A stretch of DNA of 64,000 bases, from contig OZ244842.1 of the NCBI GenBank assembly GCA_965220835.1, forward strand, positions 3,495,611 to 3,559,610. The letters are read 5' to 3'. This document shows, piece by piece, positions 20,227 to 29,672 of this stretch. The notes beneath the pieces are model-generated. The model made no database searches, was not told where the DNA came from, and saw only the letters and a program-made list of their open reading frames with translations. The stretch's first letter is position 1. Every line of letters begins with the position of its first letter. A program made the position numbers and the translations under genes. Origin of the DNA: Candidatus Azophilus sp. (lineage in GTDB: Bacteria; Pseudomonadota; Gammaproteobacteria; Pseudomonadales; Azotimanducaceae).

Positions 20227-21114
20227 CTATTGGCCTTTGAGCCAAGGCAACGCCCTGCCGCCGACTGGGACGCCGACCAAAGTTCCAAGCAGTTGCAGCG
20301 CGCTGAGCAGAGCGGGCAAGTCGATGCCTGTTTGAAAGCCGGACTGATGCAGCATGCTGACCAGGTCCTCGGTGGCCAGATTGCCCGCTGCGCCGGGGGC
20401 GAATGGGCAGCCGCCGAGTCCGCCCAGGGAGGCATCGAACTTGCGAATGCCCGAGCCCAACGCCGCCCAGACGTTGGCCAGGGCCAAGGCGCGGGTGTCG
20501 TGCAGGTGCGCGGCCACTCGGTTGGCTCCGAAGGCCGCCACCATGCGGCCAAACAAGGCCTCGGCCCGCGCCGGGTTGCCGGCTCCGATGGTGTCGGCGA
20601 CGATGATTTCAGTGGCGCCCGCCTTGCACATTTCGTTGGCCAACCGCTCAACCTCGGAATCCGGCACCATCCCTTCGTACGGGCACTCGAAGGCCACGGA
20701 AATGTAGCAGCGGGCTGCCAAGCCATCGGCACGGGCTTGCTGCAGCACTTCACCGCACACGGCCGTGGCGGTGTCGAGGCTCATGTTGATGTTGTTGCGG
20801 TTCATCTGCTCCGTTGCCGAGAGCACCAGGGCGACTGAGCGGGCGCCTGCCGCTCGGGCCAGTTCGTAGCCCTTGTGATTGGGAACCAGGGCGCTGAAGT
20901 CGGCACGGTTCAGATCGAGTTGCCCCAAAACCTGCGCCGCACCCGCCATCTTGGGCACCGCCTTGGGGCTGACGAAGCTGGCCACTTCCACCGCCGGCAC
21001 CCCCGCGTCGACCAGCTTGTTGATCAATCTCACCCGCTCTTCGGGCGATACCGTGGCTGGATGATTCTGCAGCCCGTCGCGGGGCGCCACATCGTTAACG
21101 ATCACCTGTTCCAT
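20227..21114 (-). CDS. hydroxymethylglutaryl-CoA lyase-like (HMGL family)
   Basis: ORF 20227..21153, with the start at ATG 21114 (MEQVIVNDVAPRDGLQN). DRE-TIM aldolase motifs and GLGGCPFAPGAAGNLATEDLV. Confidence 0.85.
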   Translation of the reverse strand: MEQVIVNDVAPRDGLQNHPATVSPEERVRLINKLVDAGVPAVEVASFVSPKAVPKMAGAAQVLGQLDLNRADFSALVPNHKGYELARAAGARSVALVLSATEQMNRNNINMSLDTATAVCGEVLQQARADGLAARCYISVAFECPYEGMVPDSEVERLANEMCKAGATEIIVADTIGAGNPARAEALFGRMVAAFGANRVAAHLHDTRALALANVWAALGSGIRKFDASLGGLGGCPFAPGAAGNLATEDLVSMLHQSGFQTGIDLPALLSALQLLGTLVGVPVGGRALPWLKGQ

Positions 21115-21124
21115 CAGGGTTTCC

Positions 21125-22357
21125 TCAAGCGCTTGGGGCCTGCTGCAGCGCACCTGCGGCGATGCCTTGGTGGATTCGTTCCTGGGACATGCCCGCCCAC
21201 TCCTCGAGCACGGTCACCGTATGCGCGCCGAGCACGGGGGGTGGCGCAAAGGTCTCGGCCGCATTGACCGACAGCTTCACGGGGTTGCCAGGCACCTTGG
21301 CACTGCCGCCAAGGGGATGGTCGAGCTCCACCACCATGTTGCGATGCAAGACTTGGGGGTCGCTCAAGGCTTGGGCGAAGTTGTTGACGCGGGCGCTGGG
21401 CACGCGGGCGGCCTCCAGCTTGGCCAGCCACTCGGCGGCTGGGCGGGTTTTCAGTTTTTCGGCGATCAGGCTCTCGATGTGGGCTTGGACCTTAAGGCGC
21501 TCAGGGGCAGTCGCGTAGGTGGGGTTGCGCAGCTCATCGATGTCCACCACATCCAGGAACGGGGGCCAAAAGGTGTCGCCGATCACGGCAATGGTGATCG
21601 TGTCATCGGCCGTAGCGAAGGTGTTGTAGGGCGTATGCACGAAATGACCGTTGCCGATGGGTTCCGGTATGTCACCGGACATCAGGTGCATGGTGGCCAT
21701 GTAGTTAAGCAGGCTGATCTGCACATCGAGCATGGAAATGTCCACGTGCTGGCCGACACCCGTGCGCTCTCGCGCCAGCAATGCCGCTTGAACGCCCATG
21801 ACCGCGAACATCCCCCCGCCTAGGTCGCCGATGGGGATGCCGGCGCGCACGCTGCGCCCCGGTCCCTCACCGGTGATTGACATGCCGCCGCCGAGGCCTT
21901 GGACGATTTGATCGAATGCGGGCCTCTGATAATGAGGCCCCCCTTCGCCGAACCCGGTGACCGTGCAGGTGATGATCTTCGGGTTTCGTGCCGCCAGCCG
22001 CTCGTGGTCGATGCTCAGTCTTTGCGTTACCCCGGCGGAGAAATTGTCCAGCACCACATCCGCATGGCCCACCAATTCATAGAAGAAGTCGAGCCCGGCG
22101 GGTGTCTTCAAATCGATTGCCACGGAGCGCTTGTTGCGGTTCAGCGTGAAAAAGTAAGCCCCCATGCCGTTCAGCGAATAGCGTCCATCATTCTCCAGCA
22201 GCCGCCGAGTCCCTTCGCCGTTGCCCGGCGGCTCGACCTTGACGGTGTCGCATCCGAGATCGGCCAGGATCATGCCCGCATAGGGCCCGGCCACCATGTG
22301 CGTGAGGTCGATGAGGCGAATGCCGGCCAGCGGCTTGGATGGGGGGCGCTCGTTCAT
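21125..22357 (-). CDS. CoA-transferase family III (CaiB/BaiF)
   Basis: ORF 21125..22504, with the start at ATG 22357 (MNERPPSKPLAGIRLIDLTHMVAGPYAGMILADLG). Its stop is 11 nt before the HMGL start. Confidence 0.85.
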   Translation of the reverse strand: MNERPPSKPLAGIRLIDLTHMVAGPYAGMILADLGCDTVKVEPPGNGEGTRRLLENDGRYSLNGMGAYFFTLNRNKRSVAIDLKTPAGLDFFYELVGHADVVLDNFSAGVTQRLSIDHERLAARNPKIITCTVTGFGEGGPHYQRPAFDQIVQGLGGGMSITGEGPGRSVRAGIPIGDLGGGMFAVMGVQAALLARERTGVGQHVDISMLDVQISLLNYMATMHLMSGDIPEPIGNGHFVHTPYNTFATADDTITIAVIGDTFWPPFLDVVDIDELRNPTYATAPERLKVQAHIESLIAEKLKTRPAAEWLAKLEAARVPSARVNNFAQALSDPQVLHRNMVVELDHPLGGSAKVPGNPVKLSVNAAETFAPPPVLGAHTVTVLEEWAGMSQERIHQGIAAGALQQAPSA

Positions 22358-22585
22358 GGGGCGGTGCAATGAGAGTGACGTTGGATTATAGGGCGCGGTC
22401 CTATGCCTGTCTGAACGGGGGCGTTGCGCCGTCCTTGCGCACCGCCCGCCGCTACGAAGCCAAAGCTCGCGTACGTCAGCCAGAGTCCGGCGAGCAGCCA
22501 CCATCGGCCGCTAGCCCAGGTCGCGTCTTGAATTGAGGATTGGCCCCGGATAAGTTCCACCATCAACCTTTGTTTGGGAAAGCTC

Positions 22586-23482
22586 ATGACGCTGCAGACG
22601 CTCGACGCCGCCGCGACCACGCAGGACGTTTTGGACGTGTTGGACCAGGACGGCGCGGCCATCGTGCGCGATGTCATCGACCAGGATGCTGTTCGTCAGT
22701 TGGTCGGCGAAGTCGCGCCCTACATCGAAGCCACGCCCATGGGCCGCGACGATTTTTCGGGGCGCCGAACGCAGCGCACCGGCGCCTTGGTGGCCCGGTC
22801 GCCCAGTTGTCGAGCGCTGATCATGAATCCGCTGGTGTTGGATGCCGCCCGCGGCTTTCTGTCGCCCTTCACCGATCGCATCATTCTGCACCTTACGCAA
22901 ACCATCCACATCCATTCCGGCAGTCGGGCACAGCCTCTGCATCGGGATCGCCTCGCTTGGGGCAAACACATCCCAAGGCAGATTGAACCCCAGTTCAACA
23001 CCCTGTGGGCGCTCACCGACTTCACCGCCGAAAACGGCGCCACCCGCTGCGTGCCGGGCAGCCACAAGTGGGATTGGGAGCGACGCGCTGAACCGGGCCA
23101 GATCCTCCAGGCGGAGATGGCCGCCGGCTCGGTCTTCCTTTACACGGGCAGCGTGCTGCACAGCGGCGGCGAGAACCGGGCGCGGGAATCACGGCTGGGC
23201 CTCAACCTGACCTACACCCTAGGCTGGCTGCGTCAGGAGGAGAACCAATACCTGTCCTGCCCGCCGCACATCGCCAAGGATCTTGAACCGGAACTGCAGG
23301 AGCTGTTGGGCTACACCCAAGGCAACTACGCGTTGGGCTACTTCACCGATCCCGAGCGGCACCATCCGGGCCAGGACATCATGCCGCCGGAGGCGGCGCT
23401 CGGGCGGCAACCGCGGCGAGGCGCCAGCGTCAGTTTCACGGAAATGGGGGCTTTGGACTTTTCCGCCACCGAGCAAATCTAG
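22586..23482 (+). CDS. phytanoyl-CoA dioxygenase (PhyH) family Fe(II)/2OG oxygenase
   Basis: ORF 22574..23482, ATG at 22586. It has PLHRDRLAWG (the HxD region of the facial triad), TAENGATRCVPGSHKW and GSVLHSGGENR. Confidence 0.8.
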   Translation: MTLQTLDAAATTQDVLDVLDQDGAAIVRDVIDQDAVRQLVGEVAPYIEATPMGRDDFSGRRTQRTGALVARSPSCRALIMNPLVLDAARGFLSPFTDRIILHLTQTIHIHSGSRAQPLHRDRLAWGKHIPRQIEPQFNTLWALTDFTAENGATRCVPGSHKWDWERRAEPGQILQAEMAAGSVFLYTGSVLHSGGENRARESRLGLNLTYTLGWLRQEENQYLSCPPHIAKDLEPELQELLGYTQGNYALGYFTDPERHHPGQDIMPPEAALGRQPRRGASVSFTEMGALDFSATEQI

Positions 23483-23520
23483 TGCCGGTTAGCGATTAAG
23501 GTCGCGAAACGCCGAATTGG

Positions 23521-23817
23521 TCAGGCGCGGCTTCCCGAAAAGCTGGCATTGCCGAAGGCGCCCAGCTTGACGTCGCCGCTGATGCTGTCGCCGTCCACCG
23601 TGGCGCTGAACTCCAAAGTCATGGCCATGGGCGTGGTGATGTCCGCCTTCCAACTCAGCGAGTCACCGTCGGCGGCGCCGTCCTTGAGTTCGATTTCGCC
23701 CTGGGGCCCGCTCATTTTGCCGCTCAGCGCGGCACCGTCCGTGGCCAACTCCAAGGTCGCGTTCTGGGCGCCCATTGGCGTGTTCATGGTGATGCTCCAA
23801 GTGCCGTCTGCGCTCAT
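23521..23817 (-). CDS. hypothetical small soluble protein
   Basis: 98 aa. Balanced composition unlike off-frame GC-rich ORFs: MSADGTWSITMNTPMGAQNATLELATDG...SGDVKLGAFGNASFSGSRA. No family recognised. Confidence 0.5.
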   Translation of the reverse strand: MSADGTWSITMNTPMGAQNATLELATDGAALSGKMSGPQGEIELKDGAADGDSLSWKADITTPMAMTLEFSATVDGDSISGDVKLGAFGNASFSGSRA

Positions 23818-24077
23818 GGGATTCTTCCTTTGGGTTTCAAGAGGGGGCGCAGTATGTCACAGGAGTTCGGGCGGGTCACTAATGGGTTGCTGCGCCAGTT
23901 GGCGGCAAAAGAAGTGCCCGGCCTTGGCCGCGGCATGCCTGCCGAGGTGCGCGCAGCGCGGGACAACGCGACACTGAAAGGCGTTATGGAGACCGGGCCA
24001 TTGGTTAAGGGGCTTTACTAGATTGTGCGAAGTTGCTATGGTGCCCGACGACGTTTTGCTTGAAGTGGGAGGTTCCA

Positions 24078-26261
24078 ATGACGTTATCTGCGGCACGGTC
24101 GAAGAAGTGGCCTCAGCTTGCCGTTCTCGCCCTGTTTGGGTTCTACCTTCCGGCCCTCTTTGCCCAGGAAGACACCATTGAGGAGGTCCGCGTCATCGGC
24201 GAAAGGGCGTTCTTTGAAGCCCAGTTCAATGCCACCCGCACCAGCGCGGGCGCTGACTCGGCCTCCTTGATCAACCTTGTTCCCGGCGGGGCCGCCACCA
24301 GCAACGGCGCTCTATCCGGGCAAATCCAGTACCGGGGCATGTTCGGCCCGCGCATAAACGTGCGCATTGACGGCATGCTCATCCACGGCGGCGGGCCCAA
24401 CTGGATGGCGCCACCGCTGCACCACATCCCGGCCGCCTTGATGGAAGATCTCATCGTGGAGAAGGGCATTGCATCCATTGCGACTGGCGGCGGCATCGGC
24501 GGTGCGGCCAGAGCCCGCTGGAAGCGCCTGCCGTTCAGCGAGGACGGCTGGGGCTTGAAGGGCGATGCGGAATTCTCCGCCAGCTCCGCCGTTGAGGGCA
24601 CCAGCTCGTCGTTCGTTTTCGGCGGCGCTTCCGCCAATCAACGCATCTACCTGATCGGCAACCTGGACGAGGGGGACGACTTCGAATCGCCGGACGGCGA
24701 GGTCGCCGCCACCCGGTACGAGCGTGCCGTGTATGGCTTGAGCTACGGCTTTCAGACCAGCGACCGCAATCACGAATTCAACATCGATGCAAACCGCATT
24801 GAAACGGAAGACACGGGCACGCCAAGCCTGCCGATGGACATTGACTGGTTCGACACCGAAACCTTCAACTTTAGATATAGCGGGTTCCTCGGCGGCTTGG
24901 GCTTGGAGGCCGGCGTTTACCTGTCATCGATCGACCACGGCATGGACAACTTTCGTTTGCGGCCCGCACCGGACTTCTCCTCCTTGCCGCTGCCGCCGTT
25001 TCTCGGCGATGACAAGCGGACCGCGTTTGCCGAGAGCGACGAGTGGGGTTTTCGCGCTGCCGCCAATTGGGACTTGGCACGGGGGCAACTGGTCATCGGC
25101 GCTGAGGGCAAGTACGGCGAACACGACGTATGGGTTGAAGACCCGGACTTCGCGCCGTTTTTCGTCCGCAACTTCAACGATGCGGACACCAAGCACACAT
25201 CAGCCTTTGCCCAATGGTCCGGGGTTGTGGCGGATGACTGGTACTTGGAAGTTGGCGCCCGTCACGAGTGGGTGAAGACGAGCACGGGCGAAGTGGACGC
25301 CTTCCCGGCGCGCTTGGCGGACATGAATCCAGCCATGTGGGGGCCAGGCACGCCGCCGCGGGCGGTATGGCTGCTGCGCGAGCAGTTCAATGCACGGGAT
25401 CGCTCGCAAACGGACGGCAACGTGGATTTGCTGGCCAAGGTGCGTCATCGGCTGACCGACACCCTAGTGGTGGAGGTCGCCGCCGGCCGCAAGACCCGCT
25501 CCCCGATCTACCAGGAGCGCTATCTCTGGATACCGCTGGAGATCAACGCCGGGCTGGGCGACGGCAACAACTACGTTGGCAACCCGGAGCTGAAGCCCGA
25601 GAAATCCGATCAATTCGAATTGGGCTTGGAGTGGCGGCGCGGCGACGCTTGGTTTTCGCCACGGTTGTTTCTGCGCGACGTGGATGACTACATTCAGGGG
25701 GTTCCAGTCACCAACATGGCAGCCATTGGCGTCAGCCGCAACGCCAACGGAGACCCGACGCCACTGATGTTCGACAACACCGAGGCCCGATTCCGGGGTT
25801 TCGACCTGTCGTTCGGTTTCCCGCTCCACACCAACCTGCGCGTTGAGGGCATTGCTTCGAAAGTGACTGGCAAGCGCAGGGACGTCAGTGACCATCTGTA
25901 TCGAATCAACCCGGACAATGCCCGGCTTTCACTGGTGTACGAGCGGGGCAGATTCACCGCGAGCGCCCATCAGATATTCGTCCTGGACCAAGACAATCTC
26001 TCGTTTGCCAACACCCACGATCCCTTGAATCCCAACAACAGCTTTGAGGAGACGGACGGTTACGCGCTGACCAACCTGTACCTGAACTGGACCACAAGCC
26101 GTGGCCTCAGCTTCACGGTCGGTGCGGAAAACCTGTTCGACAATTCCTACATCGACCACCTCTCGGGGTTCAATCGAGTGCTGGACAGTGTTGTGCCGCG
26201 GGGAAGCCGCCTGTATGGTCAAGGCATCAATCTGTTTGGGCGGGTCAGGTTGCAGTGGTAA
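24078..26261 (+). CDS. TonB-dependent receptor (copper context, OprC/NosA-like by position only)
   Basis: ORF 24033..26261, with ATG 24078 preceded by GGGAGG. Signal peptide LAVLALFGFYLPALFAQED. Plug region IEEVRVIGER. Terminal barrel strand GRVRLQW. Confidence 0.85.
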   Translation: MTLSAARSKKWPQLAVLALFGFYLPALFAQEDTIEEVRVIGERAFFEAQFNATRTSAGADSASLINLVPGGAATSNGALSGQIQYRGMFGPRINVRIDGMLIHGGGPNWMAPPLHHIPAALMEDLIVEKGIASIATGGGIGGAARARWKRLPFSEDGWGLKGDAEFSASSAVEGTSSSFVFGGASANQRIYLIGNLDEGDDFESPDGEVAATRYERAVYGLSYGFQTSDRNHEFNIDANRIETEDTGTPSLPMDIDWFDTETFNFRYSGFLGGLGLEAGVYLSSIDHGMDNFRLRPAPDFSSLPLPPFLGDDKRTAFAESDEWGFRAAANWDLARGQLVIGAEGKYGEHDVWVEDPDFAPFFVRNFNDADTKHTSAFAQWSGVVADDWYLEVGARHEWVKTSTGEVDAFPARLADMNPAMWGPGTPPRAVWLLREQFNARDRSQTDGNVDLLAKVRHRLTDTLVVEVAAGRKTRSPIYQERYLWIPLEINAGLGDGNNYVGNPELKPEKSDQFELGLEWRRGDAWFSPRLFLRDVDDYIQGVPVTNMAAIGVSRNANGDPTPLMFDNTEARFRGFDLSFGFPLHTNLRVEGIASKVTGKRRDVSDHLYRINPDNARLSLVYERGRFTASAHQIFVLDQDNLSFANTHDPLNPNNSFEETDGYALTNLYLNWTTSRGLSFTVGAENLFDNSYIDHLSGFNRVLDSVVPRGSRLYGQGINLFGRVRLQW

Positions 26262-26381
26262 CAGCTTTCCTGCTAGCTTCGCCGGGTTGGCTGGCTGGCT
26301 GCGCCCAGGCTGCATTGCCACGGCTGCTGGAACGGGAGAACGACGGCATGGATTCGATGGCATTTGATTGCGGGGCGGCCT

Positions 26382-28835
26382 ATGGAGGCTAGTGCGGAAG
26401 ACCGGCAAAGGTACGACCTGGTAATCGAGGGGATGACCTGCAGCGCCTGTTCGAGCCGGCTGGAGAAGGTGCTCAACGCGACGGATGGCATCGACAGCGC
26501 GGTCGTCAATCTAGCCCTGGAGCGCGCCAACGTCACCGCGCTGCGGGAAAGCCTGAACCTCCAAGGCGTCATCGAGGTCGTGCGCCGCTGCGGTTTCCGG
26601 GTGGGTAGCGAATCCTCCACCTATTTCGTCAGTGGGCTGGACAGCGACGAGGTGGCGAACCACGTGGACGCAACCCTGCGCGGGATTCCCGGCGTCATCG
26701 ACGTGGAGATGGACAGAGCGCAAGAGCGCGTTGAGATCTCGCTGGCTTCGTTGATGGTGCCAGATGCCCTGCTGTTCGAGCAGGCTCGGGGCGCGGGCTT
26801 CGACTTGGTTCCCGATTCCCTGGAGGTGGACGAGCAGGGGCATGCGCAATCGATGCGCGAACGCCAGCAGACTCGGCGGGAACGCATCGCGATCGCCGTG
26901 GCAGTGACTTTGACCGCCCCCTTCTTGGCGCAGATGTTCGTCATGTTCCTGGCCGGGCCCGATGCCATGCACTTGCATCTGCCACCCTTCGCCGAGCTTG
27001 CCTTGGCCATTCCGCTGCAGTTCGTGCTTGGCCTGCGTTTCTATCGGGGGGCCATCAACTCCCTGCGCGGCGGCGGCGCCAACATGGACGTTCTGGTGGC
27101 GATGGGCACCACGTCGGCATTCGCCTACAGCCTGTACCTGATGATTTCGGACTTGGACGCCGCGCGGGGCCAACTGTACTTCGAAGCTTCCGCCATGATC
27201 ATCACGTTGGTGATGATCGGCAAGTATTTTGAGGCTCGCGCCAAACGCGGGGCGGCGGCGGCCATTCAGGAGCTGCTTGCCCTGCAGCCGGACACCGCCT
27301 TGGTGCGCCTGCCCAACGGCGAAGTGGAGGAGCGGCGGGGCAGCCTGCTGCGGGTGGGCGACATCATCGTCTGCCGCCCTGGAGACCGGATCGCCGCCGA
27401 TGGCGTGATCACCCGGGGAGAGGCCGATGTGGACGAGTCCTTGATCACCGGCGAAAGCAACCCCGTGCCCAAGGGCGAGGGTAGTGATGTGGTCACCGGC
27501 TCCATCAACGTCGATGGATTCATCGACATTGAAATCAGCGCCGTGGGCGAAAACTCCACGCTCGCCCGCATGATCCATCTGGTTGAAAGCGCGCAGATCG
27601 GCAAGCCTGCCGTGCAGCGCCTCGTGGACAAGGTCAGCACCATCTTCGTTCCGGCCGTGGTCGCCATCGCCATCGTCACCTTTGTTGGTTGGCTGGTGGG
27701 CGGCGCCGGGCTGGCCGTGGCCGTCAAAAGCGCCGCAGCCACGCTGGTGATCGCCTGCCCCTGCGCACTCGGGTTGGCAACGCCTACGGCCATCATGACC
27801 GGCTCGAGCATCGCCGCTCGCGCCGGCGTCCTCATCAAGGACATCGCCACCCTGGAGCAAGCCCACAAGGTGGATCATGTCGTTTTCGACAAGACTGGCA
27901 CGTTGACCGAAGGCAAGCCGAGCGTTGCGGACATCGAACTGCTGGCCGGCCTTGAGGAAGACGAAGTGCTGCGCATCGCCGCCTCCCTGCAACAGGGCAG
28001 CGAGCATCCCATCGCTCGGGCGTTTCGGGACGAAGTGGAGCGTCGCGGCTTGGCGCTGGCGGATGTGGAGCATTTCAAGAACGTGGTGTCACGGGGCGTT
28101 GAAGGGGACATAGCGGGCACGCGGTATCTGGTTGGCAACGACCGGCTGTTTCTGGATCGCAATCTGGACCCGCCCCCTCGGGAACTGTTCCGTGGCGGCA
28201 CGGAAGTCTGGCTGGGGGCCAGCCTTGCCGGAGGCGATGCGCTGCTGGCGAGGTTCGAGCTGGTGGATGAGTTGCGGCCGATGGCGAAAGCGGCCGTGGC
28301 GCAGCTGCAAGGACAGGGCATCGTGCCCCTGCTGGTATCTGGAGATGCCATCCCGGTGGCCAAGCGCGTCGGCGCGGAGCTGGGCATTGGGGAGGACTAC
28401 GTTCACGGGGAAACCAAGCCGGAAGACAAGGCCCGAATCATCGCTGAGCTGTCCGAAGGGGGGGCGCAGGTTGGCATGGTGGGCGATGGCGTGAATGATG
28501 CGCCGGCGCTTGCCCAAGCCAGCGTGGGGATTGCGCTCGGCACCGGAACCGGGGTGGCCATGGAGACGGCGGCCATCACGCTCATGCGGCCGGACCCCCG
28601 CCTCGTTGCGAGCGCGATTGACATCAGCCGCCGGACGTTTCGCAAGATCAAGCAAAACCTCTTCTGGGCCTTCATCTACAATGTTGTGGGCCTGCCGCTC
28701 GCCGCGTTTGGCTTTTTGAGCCCAACGCTGGCGGGCGCCGCAATGGCCTTCTCCAGCGTCAGCGTGGTCAGCAATTCACTGTTGCTGCGCCGCTGGAAGG
28801 CTGAACTCAACCCTTCAAGTCACCCACAGTCTTAA
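26382..28835 (+). CDS. copA: copper-translocating P1B-type ATPase
   Basis: One N-terminal HMA domain (GMTCSACSSRLEKVL), CPC in TM6 (VIACPCALGLATP), DKTGTLTEGKP, GDGVNDAPAL. ATG 26382 is preferred over TTG 26364. Confidence 0.92.
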   Translation: MEASAEDRQRYDLVIEGMTCSACSSRLEKVLNATDGIDSAVVNLALERANVTALRESLNLQGVIEVVRRCGFRVGSESSTYFVSGLDSDEVANHVDATLRGIPGVIDVEMDRAQERVEISLASLMVPDALLFEQARGAGFDLVPDSLEVDEQGHAQSMRERQQTRRERIAIAVAVTLTAPFLAQMFVMFLAGPDAMHLHLPPFAELALAIPLQFVLGLRFYRGAINSLRGGGANMDVLVAMGTTSAFAYSLYLMISDLDAARGQLYFEASAMIITLVMIGKYFEARAKRGAAAAIQELLALQPDTALVRLPNGEVEERRGSLLRVGDIIVCRPGDRIAADGVITRGEADVDESLITGESNPVPKGEGSDVVTGSINVDGFIDIEISAVGENSTLARMIHLVESAQIGKPAVQRLVDKVSTIFVPAVVAIAIVTFVGWLVGGAGLAVAVKSAAATLVIACPCALGLATPTAIMTGSSIAARAGVLIKDIATLEQAHKVDHVVFDKTGTLTEGKPSVADIELLAGLEEDEVLRIAASLQQGSEHPIARAFRDEVERRGLALADVEHFKNVVSRGVEGDIAGTRYLVGNDRLFLDRNLDPPPRELFRGGTEVWLGASLAGGDALLARFELVDELRPMAKAAVAQLQGQGIVPLLVSGDAIPVAKRVGAELGIGEDYVHGETKPEDKARIIAELSEGGAQVGMVGDGVNDAPALAQASVGIALGTGTGVAMETAAITLMRPDPRLVASAIDISRRTFRKIKQNLFWAFIYNVVGLPLAAFGFLSPTLAGAAMAFSSVSVVSNSLLLRRWKAELNPSSHPQS

Positions 28836-28846
28836 GGAGACCATAG

Positions 28847-29179
28847 ATGACCACATTGGAAATGAAGGTAACCGGAATGTCATGTTCCGGCTGTTCGGGC
28901 ACCGTTCATAACGTCGTTGTCGGACTGAGCGGCGTGAGCAGCGCGAGTGTCGATCACGCCAGTGGGGCGACCACTGTTGAACACGACGGCAGCGTGGACT
29001 CGGAAGCCATCTTCGGCGCCATCCGCGATGCAGGCTTCGGTGTGTCCACCTGCGGCAACGAGAGTTGTGTTTGCGCCAATTGCGGCTGCGATCCCTGTGC
29101 TTGCGCCAAGGGTTCGAACGCTGCAAACGAAAAGTGCAAGTGCAGCAATTGCCAGTGCGACCCCTGCGTCTGCAATTGA
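28847..29179 (+). CDS. HMA-domain copper chaperone (CopZ-like) fused to a Cys-rich metallothionein-like tail
   Basis: 110 aa, with AAGGAG 8 nt upstream of the ATG. Residues 1-67 form an HMA fold with GMSCSGC. Residues 69-109 carry 13 Cys, including CVCANCGCDPCAC and CKCSNCQCDPCVC. Confidence 0.8.
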   Translation: MTTLEMKVTGMSCSGCSGTVHNVVVGLSGVSSASVDHASGATTVEHDGSVDSEAIFGAIRDAGFGVSTCGNESCVCANCGCDPCACAKGSNAANEKCKCSNCQCDPCVCN

Positions 29180-29395
29180 CAAGCATTTCCTAGGAAACCG
29201 GACCCGGCCGTTAAGCTGTCCAGGCAGCGAGGCGCGTTGAAGCCTCTTGTCGTCAGCGGGAGCTGCCCGGTTCCCCAATGGCTGTTTGGCGCCCCTTCGA
29301 CCCGCCCACCAAGGCGGCAGGGGCGCTGTTGACCGGAAACGCCAAGACTGACGGAAAGGCTGAACATACCAATTCAACGGGAGGGATTTCGAGGG

Positions 29396-29605
29396 ATGCT
29401 GAAGAGATACTATCGAGTAATATGGCCATTCGTCTTTTTCGGATTCGGGATCTATGCCCTGATGGCCAGCTCGGGCGGCGGCCATGGCCATCATGGCGGC
29501 GGCATGCCGCAGGTGTTCGGGCTCGACCTGCATACGCTGATGTGGTTCCTGATGGGCCTTGCGCATGCCGATGCGCTGTGGGGTGGCAGCCACGGCCCCG
29601 ACTAG
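29396..29605 (+). CDS. hypothetical small membrane protein with His/Gly-rich loop
   Basis: 69 aa, with GGGAGGG 10 nt upstream. Two hydrophobic helices flank SSGGGHGHHGGGMPQ. It sits between the chaperone and the multicopper oxidase on the same strand. Confidence 0.45.
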   Translation: MLKRYYRVIWPFVFFGFGIYALMASSGGGHGHHGGGMPQVFGLDLHTLMWFLMGLAHADALWGGSHGPD

Positions 29606-29672
29606 TTGACCTTGGGCCGCACTGGCGCTGTGCGGCCGTTCAGCGAATCCGAGCCTAGGAGTTGATGGCCCC

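Noticed and set aside
26262-26381. CueR/MerR-type operator in front of the copper ATPase
   Set aside because: Read by eye, there is no -35/-10 pair with a 19-20-bp spacer containing a dyad. The absence is reported in a finding, not asserted as proof.
26511-28073. 520-aa ORF antisense to the copper ATPase, and similar long shadow ORFs (6103..7011 +, 7098..7901 -, 19675..20838 +, 18585..19493 -, 62095..63015 +, 11654..12727 +)
   Set aside because: All overlap genes with clear family motifs on the other strand or in another frame. Their Arg/Gly/Ala/Pro-dominated composition is expected from high GC rather than from coding.
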